A stretch of DNA of 63,350 nt, filler included, from Reclinomonas americana ATCC 50394 (GCA_048213135.1; 23 parts of 23 records of this genome joined end to end with filler, not necessarily neighbours in it), one strand, 5' to 3'. Positions 46,679-57,703 are shown, numbered from the whole stretch's first letter. Numbers and translations: made by a program. Notes: generated from the letters alone by a model not told the origin.

Positions 46679-46891
46679 TGACCGTCTTCATCTTCCTGGG
46701 CTCGCTGATCGGGGCGATGGCGCTCGGCATGCCGATCGCGATGGCGCTGCTGGTCTGCGGCGTCGCGCTGATGCTGCAGCTCGGCACGTTCGACTCGCAG
46801 ATCCTGGCGCAGAACCTGATCGGCGGCGCCGATTCCTTCCCGCTGATGGCGGTGCCCTTCTTCATGCTCGCCGGCGAACTGATGAATGCCG
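46678..46891 (+). CDS. dctM: TRAP transporter large permease (3' truncated)
   Basis: LGMPIAMAL..SFPLMAVPFFMLAGELMN. Confidence 0.9.
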
Positions 46892-46991
46892 NNNNNNNNN
46901 NNNNNNNNNNNNNNNNNNNNNNNNNNNNNNNNNNNTTAATTAATTAANNNNNNNNNNNNNNNNNNNNNNNNNNNNNNNNNNNNNNNNNNNN

Positions 46992-48049
46992 AGCTCTTCA
47001 TCTTCGAGCAGGCGGTGGGCGAAGCGCTTTACGCCCAGCAGCCGCCGCTCGAATACGCCGCGGCCGTGCTCGCGGCGGCCCTGCGCGAAGGCCACACCGG
47101 CCCGGTCTTCCTGCAGGCGGACCACGACCAGATCAACGCCAAGGCCTATCTCGCCGACCCGAAGGCCGAGATCCGCAAGCTCGAGAACATCATGCGCGAG
47201 CAGGTCGCGGCCGGCATGTACAGCATCGACATCGACGCCTCGACGGTGGTCGACCTGTCGCAGCCGACGGTCGAGGACCAGCAGCGCGTCAATGCCGAGC
47301 TGACCGCGCATTTCACCGAGTTCGTCCGTGGCATCGAGCCCAACGGCGTTTCGATCTCGCTCGGCGCCGAGATCGGCGAGGTCGGCCACGAGAACACCAC
47401 GCCGGAGGAGTTGCGCGCCTTCATGAAGGTCTATCTCGAGGAGATGGCCAAGCGCGGCCCCAAGCTGCCGATCGTCAGCAAGATCTCGATCAATTCCGGC
47501 ACCTATCACGGCGGCAAGGTGCTGCCGGACGGCACGCTTGCCGAGGTCAATGTCGACTACGATCTTTTGAAGACGATCTCGACGATCTGCCGCAAGGAGT
47601 ACAACATGGCCGGCGCGGTCCAGCACGGCGCCTCGACCCTGCCCGGCACGCAGCTCGCCAAGCTGCCGCAGGCCGAGGCGGTCGAGGTCCATCTCGCGCT
47701 CGGCTTCAACAACCTGATCTTCGACCACCCGGCCCTGCCGCAGGCCTTGAGGGACCAGATCCGCGAGTACACCTTCGCCAATCACCTCTCGGAGAAGGGT
47801 GCGGGCGAAACCGATGCGCAGTTCTTCTACAATACCCGCAAGAAGTCCTGGAAGGTGATGAAGAAGCCGTTCTGGGAGATGCCGAAGGAGGCCGAGACGG
47901 CGATCATGGCCTCGCTGCAGGAGATGTTCCGCAACATGTTCACCTGGATGAACGTCGGCGGGACGAGCAAGCTGGTCGACGACAACACGACGCTGGTCAA
48001 GGTCGCCCCGCCGGTGCCGGAAGCCCTGCGCAAGGCACGCGCGGCCTAG
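46992..48049 (+). CDS. Class II fructose-bisphosphate aldolase family protein (5' truncated)
   Basis: PVFLQADH, IDIDAS, GAEIGEVG, GTYHGG, VQHGASTLP. Confidence 0.8.
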
Positions 48050-48135
48050 AGACTGGCCTCGCGACTACGGCGCGCCCGCAACGACGGGCGCGCCGCCCAA
48101 GCCCAAGAACGACAATCAACCGGGAGGAAACGCAT

Positions 48136-49416
48136 ATGGATCAGCACCGCAGGTCTTCCTTGCTGACGCTCGCGGCGGTGGCGCTCGCCTCGGCGATCAG
48201 CCTGCCGACGCTCGCCCTCGCCCAGCAGAAGGAGGTGCGCTGGGGCCAGTGGAAGGGCACCGAGGTCGGCGAGAAGTTCATGGGCGAGCTCAAGGCCGCC
48301 TTCGAGAAGGACCATCCCGACATCAAGCTGACGCCGGTCGACTCGCCCTTCACCGGCTTCCATGATCGCGCCATCGTGCTGCACCAGGCCAAGAAGCTGC
48401 CGGACGTGCTGCTGGTCCAGGTCGACTGGGTGGCGGAGTTCGCCGATCTCGGCATGATCGAGCCTATCGACGAGCGCATCGCCAAGGAGCCGAAGGAGTT
48501 CTTCTCGAACATCCCGGAGACCTTCCATGCCAAGTGGAAAGGCAAGCAGTACTATCTGCCGATCGAAAGCGGCGCGGTGGCGCTGTTCTGGAACACCGAC
48601 CGGTTCAAGGAAGCCGGTCTTTCCGGCCCGCCGAAGACCTGGGACGAGTTCGCCGAATATTCGCGCAAGCTGACCAATCCCGACAAGCGCCAGTTCGCGA
48701 TCACCGGCACGCTCCAGGCCGAGCCGCCGACCAACATGACCTATGACATCTACCCGCTGCTGCTGCAGGGCGGCGCGACGCTCATGGATCCGGCGACCAA
48801 CAAGGCCGTGTTCAACAGCCCCGAGGGCGTCGCGGCGATCGAATGGTATATCGACCGGGTCAACAAGGACAAAATCTCGGTGCCGGGCGTGCTGAGCAAT
48901 GGCGAGAAGGAAAAGCGCGCCAACTTCGCCTCCGGCAATGTCGCGATGATGTTCGAGGGACCCTGGGGCGTCGCCATCCAGAAGCAGCTCAACCCGAACC
49001 TCAACTACGACATCGCCCCGCTGCCGAAGGGCAAGAGCACCGGCACAATGGTGCGCGGCTCGCTCAACACCATCAGCAGCCAGGCGCAGGACAAGGACGC
49101 CGCCTGGACCTTCATGAAGTGGCTCTCAGGCCCGAAGGGCATCGAGATGTGGGCGAAGGGCACTGGTGGCTTCCCGGCCCGCACCGACGTCGCCAACCAG
49201 GACTGGTTCAAGGAGCGCAAGCTCTTCCAGGCCTTCGTCACGCAGATGGCGCAGCCGAACGCGCAGTCGCCGTTCCTGTCGATGCCGAACGCCGTGCAGA
49301 TGAACAAGGTGATGACCACCGAGATCCAGAACGCGGTGCAGGGCAAGAAGACCGCCAAGCCGGCGCTGGATGACGCTGCGGCCGAGTGGAACAAGGTCCT
49401 GGCCGCGGCGAAGTGA
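48136..49416 (+). CDS. Sugar ABC transporter substrate-binding protein
   Basis: Signal peptide, LPDVL, PPKTWDEF, FASGNVAMMFEGPW. Confidence 0.88.
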   Translation: MDQHRRSSLLTLAAVALASAISLPTLALAQQKEVRWGQWKGTEVGEKFMGELKAAFEKDHPDIKLTPVDSPFTGFHDRAIVLHQAKKLPDVLLVQVDWVAEFADLGMIEPIDERIAKEPKEFFSNIPETFHAKWKGKQYYLPIESGAVALFWNTDRFKEAGLSGPPKTWDEFAEYSRKLTNPDKRQFAITGTLQAEPPTNMTYDIYPLLLQGGATLMDPATNKAVFNSPEGVAAIEWYIDRVNKDKISVPGVLSNGEKEKRANFASGNVAMMFEGPWGVAIQKQLNPNLNYDIAPLPKGKSTGTMVRGSLNTISSQAQDKDAAWTFMKWLSGPKGIEMWAKGTGGFPARTDVANQDWFKERKLFQAFVTQMAQPNAQSPFLSMPNAVQMNKVMTTEIQNAVQGKKTAKPALDDAAAEWNKVLAAAK

Positions 49417-49625
49417 TCGCCTGACATTATCATTCCCGGCCGGAGCTCTGTTCCGGCCGGTCCCTCTCCCCTCGCTCAGAGTCTGATGCCTGCAAACCAG
49501 GCGTCCGGTTCNNNNNNNNNNNNNNNNNNNNNNNNNNNNNNNNNNNNNNNNNNNNTTAATTAATTAANNNNNNNNNNNNNNNNNNNNNNNNNNNNNNNNN
49601 NNNNNNNNNNNACGATCGGCGAGTC

Positions 49626-50519
49626 ATGCTGCTGACGCTCAAACGCAAATACCGCGAGGAAGTCCTGGCCGCGTCCTTCCTGTGGCCGTCCCTTCTCATC
49701 CTCGTCGCGCTCCTGATCTACCCGCTGATCGACGTGGTCCGGCTGAGCTTCCACGACAGCAACCTCCAGCGCGAGGTCTGGGTCGGCTTCGGCAACTACA
49801 TCGCACTCGCCAACGACCCGCTGTTCTGGCGCGCCTTCTGGCAGACCGTGGTCTTCACCTTTTTCAGCGTGGTGCTGCACCTGGTGATCGGGCTCGGTCT
49901 CGCGCTGCTGCTCAACATGAATCTCGATCCGGCGTTCCGCACCCTCGCGCGCGGCCTGCTGATCGTGCCCTGGCTATTGGCGCCGACCGTCGCCGGCATG
50001 ATCTGGGTGCTGATGCTGCAGCCCTTCGGCGTGCTCAACGGCCTGCTCGCCTCGCTCGGCCTCATCGACGCCAACTTCACCATCTCCTGGCTCGGCGATC
50101 CCTCGACGGCGCTCGGGTCGGTGACGGCGATGAATGTCTGGCGCGCCTTCCCCTTCTTCATGGTGATGCTGCTCGCCGGCCTGCAGGCGATTCCGAAGCA
50201 GCTCTATGAGGCCGCCGAGATCGACGGCGCCTCGCTGTTCCGGCAGTTCTGGCACATCACCTTGCCGCAGCTGCGCGGCGTCATCACCACGATCGTGCTG
50301 CTGGACTCGATCTGGACCTTCCGCGCCTTCGACCCGGTCTATGTCATGACCGGCGGCGGCCCGGCGCATAGTTCGGAAGTGCTGGCGACCGCGATCTATT
50401 TCGACGGCTTCCAGAAGCTGAAATTCGGCTACGCCTCGGCCGAGGCCGTGGTCATGTTCATCGTGCTCTTCATCGTGAGCGCCATCTATGTCCGCCGCAC
50501 CATGAGCAATCAGCAATGA
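49626..50519 (+). CDS. Carbohydrate ABC permease
   Basis: EAA loop LYEAAEIDGAS. Confidence 0.9.
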   Translation: MLLTLKRKYREEVLAASFLWPSLLILVALLIYPLIDVVRLSFHDSNLQREVWVGFGNYIALANDPLFWRAFWQTVVFTFFSVVLHLVIGLGLALLLNMNLDPAFRTLARGLLIVPWLLAPTVAGMIWVLMLQPFGVLNGLLASLGLIDANFTISWLGDPSTALGSVTAMNVWRAFPFFMVMLLAGLQAIPKQLYEAAEIDGASLFRQFWHITLPQLRGVITTIVLLDSIWTFRAFDPVYVMTGGGPAHSSEVLATAIYFDGFQKLKFGYASAEAVVMFIVLFIVSAIYVRRTMSNQQ

Positions 50520-51409
50520 CCGTGGCCCAGTACGGCGCTGCAGCGCATACACGTCCCTATCTCGGCAAGATCGGCATTCGGGGGCGCGAGCGCCTGATCA
50601 ACGCCGCCTCCTATCTCCTGCTGCTGGTCGCGATCGCGATCGTGTTCTTTCCGCTCGCCTGGATGCTGACAGTCTCGGTGCGCCCGAACATCGAGGTGAT
50701 GCGGATGCCGCCTACATGGCTGCCGCAGGTGTTCACACTGGAGGGCTACCGCAAGATCTTCGCGAGCCCGCGCTACCTCCTCGTCTTCGCCAACACGATG
50801 CTGATCTCGCTGCTGGTGACCGTGCTCTCGCTGATCCTCGGGGCGATGGCGGCCTATGCGTTGGCGCGCTTCAAGTTCGCCGGGCAGCGGGCGGTGCTGA
50901 TGTTCCTCATCACCACGCAGATGTTCCCGCTGGTGCTGCTCTGCATCCCCTATTTCCGGATCTTCATCACGCTCGGGCTCTACGACACCCGGACATCGCT
51001 GGTGGTGGTCTACCTGACCTTCACCCTGCCCTTCTGCATCCTGATGCTGCGCAGCTACTTCATCAACATTCCCCGCGACATCGAGGAAGCGGCGATGGTC
51101 GACGGCTGCTCGCGGCTGGGTGCGATCTTCCGGACGCTGGTGCCGATGTCCTATCCCGCCTTCATCGGCGCCGGGCTCTACACCTTCCTGCTCGCCTGGA
51201 ACGAGTTCCTGTTCGCGGTGGTGCTGATCGAATCCTGGGAGAACCGGGTGCTGACCATGGCGATCTACAGCCTGATGGCCGAGTTCGTCACCGACTGGAA
51301 CACGATGATGGCCTTCTCGGTGCTGGCGAGCCTGCCTCTGGTGATGGCCTTCATCTTCCTGCAGAAGTTCATGGTCCAGGGCATGACGGCAGGTGCTCTC
51401 ACATCGTGA
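50516..51409 (+). CDS. Carbohydrate ABC permease
   Basis: IEEAAMVDGCS; AWNEFLFA. Confidence 0.9.
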   Translation: MTVAQYGAAAHTRPYLGKIGIRGRERLINAASYLLLLVAIAIVFFPLAWMLTVSVRPNIEVMRMPPTWLPQVFTLEGYRKIFASPRYLLVFANTMLISLLVTVLSLILGAMAAYALARFKFAGQRAVLMFLITTQMFPLVLLCIPYFRIFITLGLYDTRTSLVVVYLTFTLPFCILMLRSYFINIPRDIEEAAMVDGCSRLGAIFRTLVPMSYPAFIGAGLYTFLLAWNEFLFAVVLIESWENRVLTMAIYSLMAEFVTDWNTMMAFSVLASLPLVMAFIFLQKFMVQGMTAGALTS

Positions 51410-51438
51410 GGCGGCGCCTCAACCCACCGGCACCGTCT

Positions 51439-51526
51439 CCGTCATTGCGAGCGCAGCGAAGCAATCCAGTCTCGTAGAGTTCTGCCGCCCTGGATTGCTT
51501 CGTCGCTTTGCTCCTCGCAATGACGG
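51439..51526. repeat. CGTC-type palindromic REP element
   Basis: CCGTCATTGCGAG..GAAGCAATCCAG / CTGGATTGCTTC..CTCGCAATGACGG. Confidence 0.8.
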
Positions 51527-51538
51527 TAGAAGCACTCG

Positions 51539-52030
51539 TCACCCCACCGGTACCGCCAGCCCCGCCTTGACCCGGTCCATCGCGACGAAGGTGCGGAACT
51601 TGCGGATGTTCGCGTCGGCGAAGAAGAGCCGGCGGGTCAGCGCCTCATAGGCCGTCATGCTCGGCACCAGCACGACGAGCATGAAATCGACCTCGCCGGT
51701 GACGTAGTAGCATTGCTGCACCTCAGGCGCGGCGAGGAAGGCACGCTTGGCGGCGTCGATATCCCTGGCCGTCTCGCTGACCAGCTCGATCTCGACAAAG
51801 ATGGTGATCGGGTGGCCAAGCGCCGCCGGCTCGACGACCGCGACATTGGCGGTGATGACGCCGTCCTTCTCCATCCGGCGGATGCGGCGCTGCACGGCCG
51901 GCGCCGACAGGTTGACCTTCTCGCCGATCACGCGCTGCGGCGTCGTGTTGTCCCGCTGCAGGATGGCGAGGATCGCCCGGTCGAAGGCGTCGAGAGTAGA
52001 AGCAGACGGTTCGCTCAAGCGCGGCTCCAT
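51539..52030 (-). CDS. Lrp/AsnC regulator
   Basis: LDAFDRAIL..VNLSAPAVQRRIRRM; QQCYYVTGE. Confidence 0.92.
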   Translation of the reverse strand: MEPRLSEPSASTLDAFDRAILAILQRDNTTPQRVIGEKVNLSAPAVQRRIRRMEKDGVITANVAVVEPAALGHPITIFVEIELVSETARDIDAAKRAFLAAPEVQQCYYVTGEVDFMLVVLVPSMTAYEALTRRLFFADANIRKFRTFVAMDRVKAGLAVPVG

Positions 52031-52110
52031 GAAACAAACTTGCAGCGGAAGCGGATGATTGCAGCGCCTTTTTCATAGCGCTTGCAATATCTCTTCACCT
52101 GGACATCTCA

Positions 52111-52334
52111 ATGAGGCAAGTCGTGCTCCTGCTCAACCAGCTCCCGGACTTCCGCCAGCCGCTCCACCCGGTCGATGCGCAGACGCTCGGCTCAAGCGGA
52201 GCCGACGCGATCGAGCGGCATCTCGCAGGCAGAGCCGAGCACGTGCCGACACCGCTGCGCACCCTGCCCAGCCTCGCCGCCGCGCTCGGCATCGGCGCGC
52301 TGCATCTCAAGGACGAAGGCCAGCGGCTCGGCCT
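52111..52334 (+). CDS. Diaminopropionate ammonia-lyase family, N-terminal fragment
   Basis: PTPLRTLPSLAAALGIGALHLKDEGQRLG. Divergent from the Lrp gene. Confidence 0.75.
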
Positions 52335-52439
52335 NNNNNNNNNNNNNNNNNNNNNNNNNNNNNNNNNNNNNNNNNNNNTTAATTAATTAANNNNNNNNNN
52401 NNNNNNNNNNNNNNNNNNNNNNNNNNNNNNNNNNGAGGG

Positions 52440-52551
52440 CGTCATGCCCGGGCTTGCCTCGGGCATCTCCGGACAGGTGACATAGCTTCGACGAAGCCAT
52501 ATCCGGCATGAGACTCCCGGGTCGACGCATCTGCGCCGCCCGGGAATGACG
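52440..52551. repeat. CGTC-type palindromic REP element
   Basis: CGTCATGCCCGGGC...GCCCGGGAATGACG. Confidence 0.7.
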
Positions 52552-52557
52552 GATCCG

Positions 52558-53895
52558 CTACTTCGCCGCCTTGAGAGCTTCCTCCGCCTTGGCCTTGGCC
52601 TTGGCGTAGTTGTCGCGGGCGAAGCTCGCCCACTGGCTCTCGATCTCGGCCTGGCGGGCGCCCTTCTCCTTGGCGCCAGTGAAGGCGCCGCGCAGCTCGG
52701 CGCTTCCAGCCTGCACCTGGGTGATCGGCAGCGCCGCGATCAGCGTCCGCGCCTCGTCGGCGAGCGCCTTGGCCTGGGCATTCGGCTTCTTGGCCAGCGC
52801 CGCATCGACCTCGTGCAGAGTCTTGGTGACGCCCTTCAGCGCGTCGAGCTGGAAGGAGATCAGCTGGTCGAACAGCGTATCGACGACGGCGGTGCGCGCT
52901 TCGGACTTGTCGACGTCGAAGCCGATCATCTTCTGGAAGCGCGGGTCGGTGAAGGGGTTGGGATAGTCGGCTCCGGCCTTGGCATAGACCGCCGGGTTGA
53001 CCGGCAGGCGGCGGATGCCGGGGTCGAGCAGAACCTCCTGGCCAGTCGGCGAGAGCAGGAACTCGATGAAAGCCTCGGCGGCGGCCTTGTTCGGCGGATT
53101 GGCGATGATGCCGACATTGGCGGGAACGACCGTGGTCACCGTCGGATAGACGAATTTCACCGGGAATCCCGAGGCTTGCGCCGAGAAAGCAAAGAAATCG
53201 ATGACGATGCCGACGCCGACCTGGCCGGAATTGACCGCTTCCGGCACGCCGAAGGAGCGTTCGGTGATCGAGCGCAAATTGCCCGACATCTCCTTCAGGA
53301 TCCGCCAGCCCTTCTCCCAACCCTCGCCCTGCAGGATTGTCTCGACCGTCAGGTGCGTGGTGCCCGAGCGGGCGGGCGATGCGATCGAGACATGGTCGTA
53401 GAAGGCCGGCTTGGCGAGATCCTGCCAGTCCTTCGGCTCAGGCAGCTTGTTGGCCTTGGCATAGCGGTCATTCCACATGATGCCGTAGCCAGATGCCGCG
53501 AAGCCGAAATAGAAGCCCTGCGGGTCGTTGATCGGGTAGGAGCCGATCTTCTCGGGGATGCCGGTCGCCTTCGGCTTGTAGGCGAGGAGCAGCTTCTTGG
53601 CCTTCAGGACCTCGAAGGCGTCGGGAGCCGAGGCCCAGAACAGGTCGACCTGGTTGTTCGCCTTGGTCTCCTCGACATATTTCACGCCAGCATTGGTGTT
53701 GCGGTTCTGGACCTCCAGCGTGACGCCCGGCACGGCCTTCTCGAAGGCCTTCTTGATCGGGTCGGTGACGTCCTTGGAGAAGGAGGTTACCACCGTGACC
53801 TTGCCGGAGGGCGCCTGTGCCAGGGCGATGGTCGCGAGCGATGTGCTCAGCGACAGGCCGAGGGTGACCGCGAGCGCGATCCTGCGATTGAGCAT
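52558..53895 (-). CDS. PgtC-like ABC substrate-binding protein
   Basis: VVTSFS, DLFWASAPDAFEVLK, SPARSGTTHLTVETILQGEGWEKGW, ERSFGVP. Confidence 0.85.
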   Translation of the reverse strand: MLNRRIALAVTLGLSLSTSLATIALAQAPSGKVTVVTSFSKDVTDPIKKAFEKAVPGVTLEVQNRNTNAGVKYVEETKANNQVDLFWASAPDAFEVLKAKKLLLAYKPKATGIPEKIGSYPINDPQGFYFGFAASGYGIMWNDRYAKANKLPEPKDWQDLAKPAFYDHVSIASPARSGTTHLTVETILQGEGWEKGWRILKEMSGNLRSITERSFGVPEAVNSGQVGVGIVIDFFAFSAQASGFPVKFVYPTVTTVVPANVGIIANPPNKAAAEAFIEFLLSPTGQEVLLDPGIRRLPVNPAVYAKAGADYPNPFTDPRFQKMIGFDVDKSEARTAVVDTLFDQLISFQLDALKGVTKTLHEVDAALAKKPNAQAKALADEARTLIAALPITQVQAGSAELRGAFTGAKEKGARQAEIESQWASFARDNYAKAKAKAEEALKAAK

Positions 53896-53950
53896 GACTT
53901 CCTCCCGAATGATCTCTTCAGTTCGGCGTCGAGGCCGATGCTTCCCGGTC

Positions 53951-53967
53951 AGCAACTACGGTGCCAA
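53951..53967 (-). promoter_or_regulatory. Sigma54 -24/-12 promoter
   Basis: The minus strand reads TTGGCACCGTAGTTGCT (TGGCAC-N5-TTGC), about 55 nt upstream of the SBP start and just downstream of a sigma54 activator gene. Confidence 0.85.
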
Positions 53968-54088
53968 CCCGATCAACTGTTGATTCAATTCGGAAATTCG
54001 TCGTTTCGGCGCGAGTGCCGCACGGTTCAGGAGGCGTAGCGGTAACCCTTCGCAGCCCCCGATGGGTCAGCACGGTAACATCGCCGTC

Positions 54089-54902
54089 TTAGTCGGCGAG
54101 CGCGCCGGTCCCACTCAGCCCGTATCGACGCATCTTGAGATAGAGCGTCTTGCGGGTGATCCCGAGAGCCGATGCGGTGACGCCGATGCGCCCGCTATGG
54201 CGTTTCAGCGCGGCACCGATCGCCTCGGCCTCGGCCAGCGCGACCTCCTCCTCCAGCGTCCGCTCGATACCCCGCGACGCCGACTTGCTGATGTCGATCT
54301 CCTCGAAATCCTCGTCCATGCCGAGCAGGCTGCGCTCGGCGGCATTGCGCAGCTCGCGGACATTGCCGGGCCAGTCCTGGCGCATCAGGCGCTGCAGAAG
54401 GTCACGCTCGAGCGGCGGAGCGGAGCGTCCGACACGCGCCGCCGCCAGCGCCAGGAAGTGCTGGAACAGCATCGGAATGTCCTCGCGCCGATCGCGCAGG
54501 GGCGGCAGGCGCAGGGTCACGACATTAAGCCGATAGACCAGATCCTCGCGGAAGCCGCCCGCCTTGGCGAGCGCGGCGAGATCGGTCTTGGTCGCGGCGA
54601 CGATCCGGATGTCGACAGGGATCTCCTTGTTGGAGCCAAGCCGCTCGATGCGGCGCTCCTGCAAGGCGCGCAGCAGGCGGACCTGCGCCGCCATCGGCAT
54701 CGATTCGATCTCGTCGAGGAACAGCGTGCCGCCGCTGGCGTGCTCGATCTTGCCGATCCGGCGCTCGCGCGCGCCGGTGAAGGCGCCGGCCTCGTGACCG
54801 AAGAGCTCGCTCTCGATCATCGTCTCGGGAATCGCCCCGCAATTCACTGCGACGAAGCGCCCGCCGCGGCGATTGCCGAGATCGTGGAGAGCGCGAGCCG
54901 CG
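54089..54902 (-). CDS. Sigma54-dependent response regulator (DctD/PgtA-like; 5' truncated)
   Basis: ESELFGHEAGAFTGA, GGTLFLDEIE, WPGNVRELRN and a Fis-type HTH. Confidence 0.92.
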
Positions 54903-55002
54903 NNNNNNNNNNNNNNNNNNNNNNNNNNNNNNNNNNNNNNNNNNNNTTAATTAATTAANNNNNNNNNNNNNNNNNNNNNNNNNNNNNNNNNNNNNNNNNN
55001 NN

Positions 55003-56025
55003 CCTCGGCATGCACGTAGAGCCGGCCAGTCGGCAGGTCGCGGCGCAATGTCACGCGCTCCGCATCGACTCGCGGGGCGAACAGCGACAAGGCGGTATCG
55101 ACGATCTCGCCTACCTCGACGGGGGAGAGCACGACACCGGGCTTGCGGGCGAAACGCCGGAGATGGGCGATCAGCTCGGCCGCGCGCGTCGTCAGCGCCT
55201 GGATACGCGTCATCGCCTGGCGCGCCTCCTCCGGACGGCCACGCTCCAGCAGCAGCGCGCCGTTGTGGGCGTGGGAGCGGATCGCGGCGAGCGGCTGGCT
55301 GAGCTCATGGCTCAGGCCGGCCGCCATCTGCCCAAGCGCAGCGAGCTTGGCCGCCTGGATCAGATCGTCGCGCGTCTGTCGGAAGACGGCGAGCGCCCGC
55401 GCCAGATCGCCGAGCTCGTCATTGCCCGCCTTGGGCAGGACAGCGGAGGACTGGCCGCTGGCGATGCTGGTAGCAGCTTCGGTCAGGACGCGAAGCCGCG
55501 CCACGAGATGACGGCGGACATAGAACCAGCCGATCAGCAACGCCCCGAGGAGCGAGGCGGCCGCGATCGCCAGGAGCAGGTTGCGACCGAGCAGGATCGC
55601 TTCGGCCGAGCGGTCGGCGGCGGCTTTCGCGACGACCTCCGTCCTCTGCACCTCCTGCGAGACCAGCGTGCCGAGCTCGGTGACGAGGCGGCGGCTTTTG
55701 GAGATAAGGCGCTGGGCGTCGGCCATGGCGGCGAGTTCGGCCCGCTTGATGCCGGGTAATCCGACTTTGGTATCGGCAATGCTGATCAGGCGCTGCGTGA
55801 TCTGTCGGACCGTGATCGTGTCGGGCCAGCCGGCCAGCGCCTTCGCCTCGACCTCGAGCTGGTCGACGGCTTCGCCGATGACATGGCCGGTCTGCTCCAT
55901 GTCTTCGCGCGTCTGGACGGTGCCCAGCCGGCCGAACAGGCCGACGATCAGGTTCGACTGAGCATTCAGGGTCATGAGCGCTTCGCTCTTGCGCATCTCC
56001 TCGCGGATCGCATTGGGCTTGCCGG
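55003..56025 (-). CDS. Sensor histidine kinase (PgtB/DctB-like; internal fragment)
   Basis: TM and HAMP segments, then AKLAALGQMAAGLSHELSQPL. Confidence 0.88.
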
Positions 56026-56125
56026 NNNNNNNNNNNNNNNNNNNNNNNNNNNNNNNNNNNNNNNNNNNNTTAATTAATTAANNNNNNNNNNNNNNNNNNN
56101 NNNNNNNNNNNNNNNNNNNNNNNNN

Positions 56126-57484
56126 GCCAGCCCGCCCTCGGTGCCAGCCCAGCCCGCGGCGACCAATCGCTCCGCCGCCTGTCGCAAGCTGGCAGCGGCT
56201 TCGGTCGCGTTGGTCGCGATCACGCTGCGGATCCCGGTCTCGATCCGAGACTGCTCTTCCGGCACGGCGAGGCCTCGCGGCACGCGCACAAGCTTGCGGA
56301 AGCGTTCCGGTCTTTCCAGCTCCGCCGCGGCGATTGGAGGCCGGGTCAGGGGACGCGCGGGCTTGCGTCAGCAAGTGCGCCGCCTGCTCGTCAGGGTGGC
56401 TCAGGAGCGCCGCCTCCATGACCTGGAGGCCCCGCCAGAGCCTGGCATGCTCAGCGCGGCGGAAGGTGATCCACTCGTCGAAGACAATGTTGACCAGCTC
56501 ATAGCGGCCGGCCGAAAGGGCTGCGTCGAAGCGCGCCTTGTTGAACAGGCCTGCAGTCTCCGACAGATGCGGCGGCGTCTCGTCCGGGCCATAGGCCGCG
56601 GGCGAAACCGCGAGACGGCCTATTCGCGGCTCGCGCAGCAGCTTCTGCCCCTCGGACGAAAGCACGAAGTCGATGAAGAGCTCGGCCTCCTTCGGGTTGG
56701 GAGAGGTCGCCAGCCGCGCGATGTTGGCAGGCGCGAACAGCGTTTCCTCGGGCAGGACGAATCGGTTGGCTTCGCCTTCGGCCGAACCCGCCTCGGTCAG
56801 GAAGTCGATCGAGATGCCGATGCCGAAACGCCCGCGCGCGACACCGGTCGTCACGCCGAAGCTGCGCGCCGTGATGGTCGCGAGATTGCCGCCGATCGCC
56901 GACCACAGCGCCCAGCCTCGCTCCCAGCCGAGCGATTGCAGGAGGGCCTCGACCATCAGATGGGCTGTGCCCGAGCGGGCGGGCGAGGTCAGGCCGATAT
57001 GGCCGGCATAGGCGGGCGCGGCGAGATCGGCCCAATTGCGCGGCACCGGCAGGCCGCGCGCCGCAAGATAGTGGGGATTGTAGACCAGGCCGTAGCCGGA
57101 GATGGCGAAGCCGAGATAGCGGCCGGCCGGATCGTTGACCGAGTAGCCGGCCATGGTTTCGGGTGCGCCCGTCGCACGTGGCTGGAGCTGCGCCAACAGG
57201 CCGGCCTGTTTCAGGAGTTCGAAGGCATCGGGCGCCGAGGCCCAGAGCAGATCCGTGTCATGCCGCTTGCCGGCATGGATGTCGGCGACCGCGGCGGTGG
57301 TCTTGCGCTGCACGACCTCGACGAGGATGTCGGGGTACCGGGCCCGGAACGCGGTGCGGAAAGGCTCGAAGAAGGAAGGTGGGAACGAGGTGACGATCTG
57401 GACGCTGCGCGTCTGCGCCTGTCCGGCGCTCTGCCAGCCGAAGATCAAAATGACAAGCCAGAGGCAAAGGGCGCGACGGTTCAT
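56126..57484 (-). CDS. Second PgtC-like periplasmic binding/sensor protein (apparent +1 homopolymer frameshift near 56350)
   Basis: IVTSFP, LWASAPDAFELLK, SPARSGTAHLMVE. The reading frame resumes after removing one base from a G4/C4 run. Confidence 0.82.
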
Positions 57485-57703
57485 GAAACCGTCATATATC
57501 CGGCGATAGGGCCCGCATAGACCGCGAGACGCGACTTGTCGGGCGACACCGAGCGGCCGCGAGCAGGCTCGTCGGGCTCCAGCCTAGGCTGTACTCGGCA
57601 GGTTTTGGATGCCGCGGCCGCATCGGTATTGGGGAGTGTCGGTCGCCGTCGGATGGCAAGGCCACTTTAGTTGTAAAACCAAGGCGTCTCGCCCGGCTGG
57701 AAT

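Noticed and set aside
56345..56355. Truncation of the second PgtC-like gene
   Set aside because: A +1 homopolymer indel near the contig end; the downstream frame continues as plausible protein.
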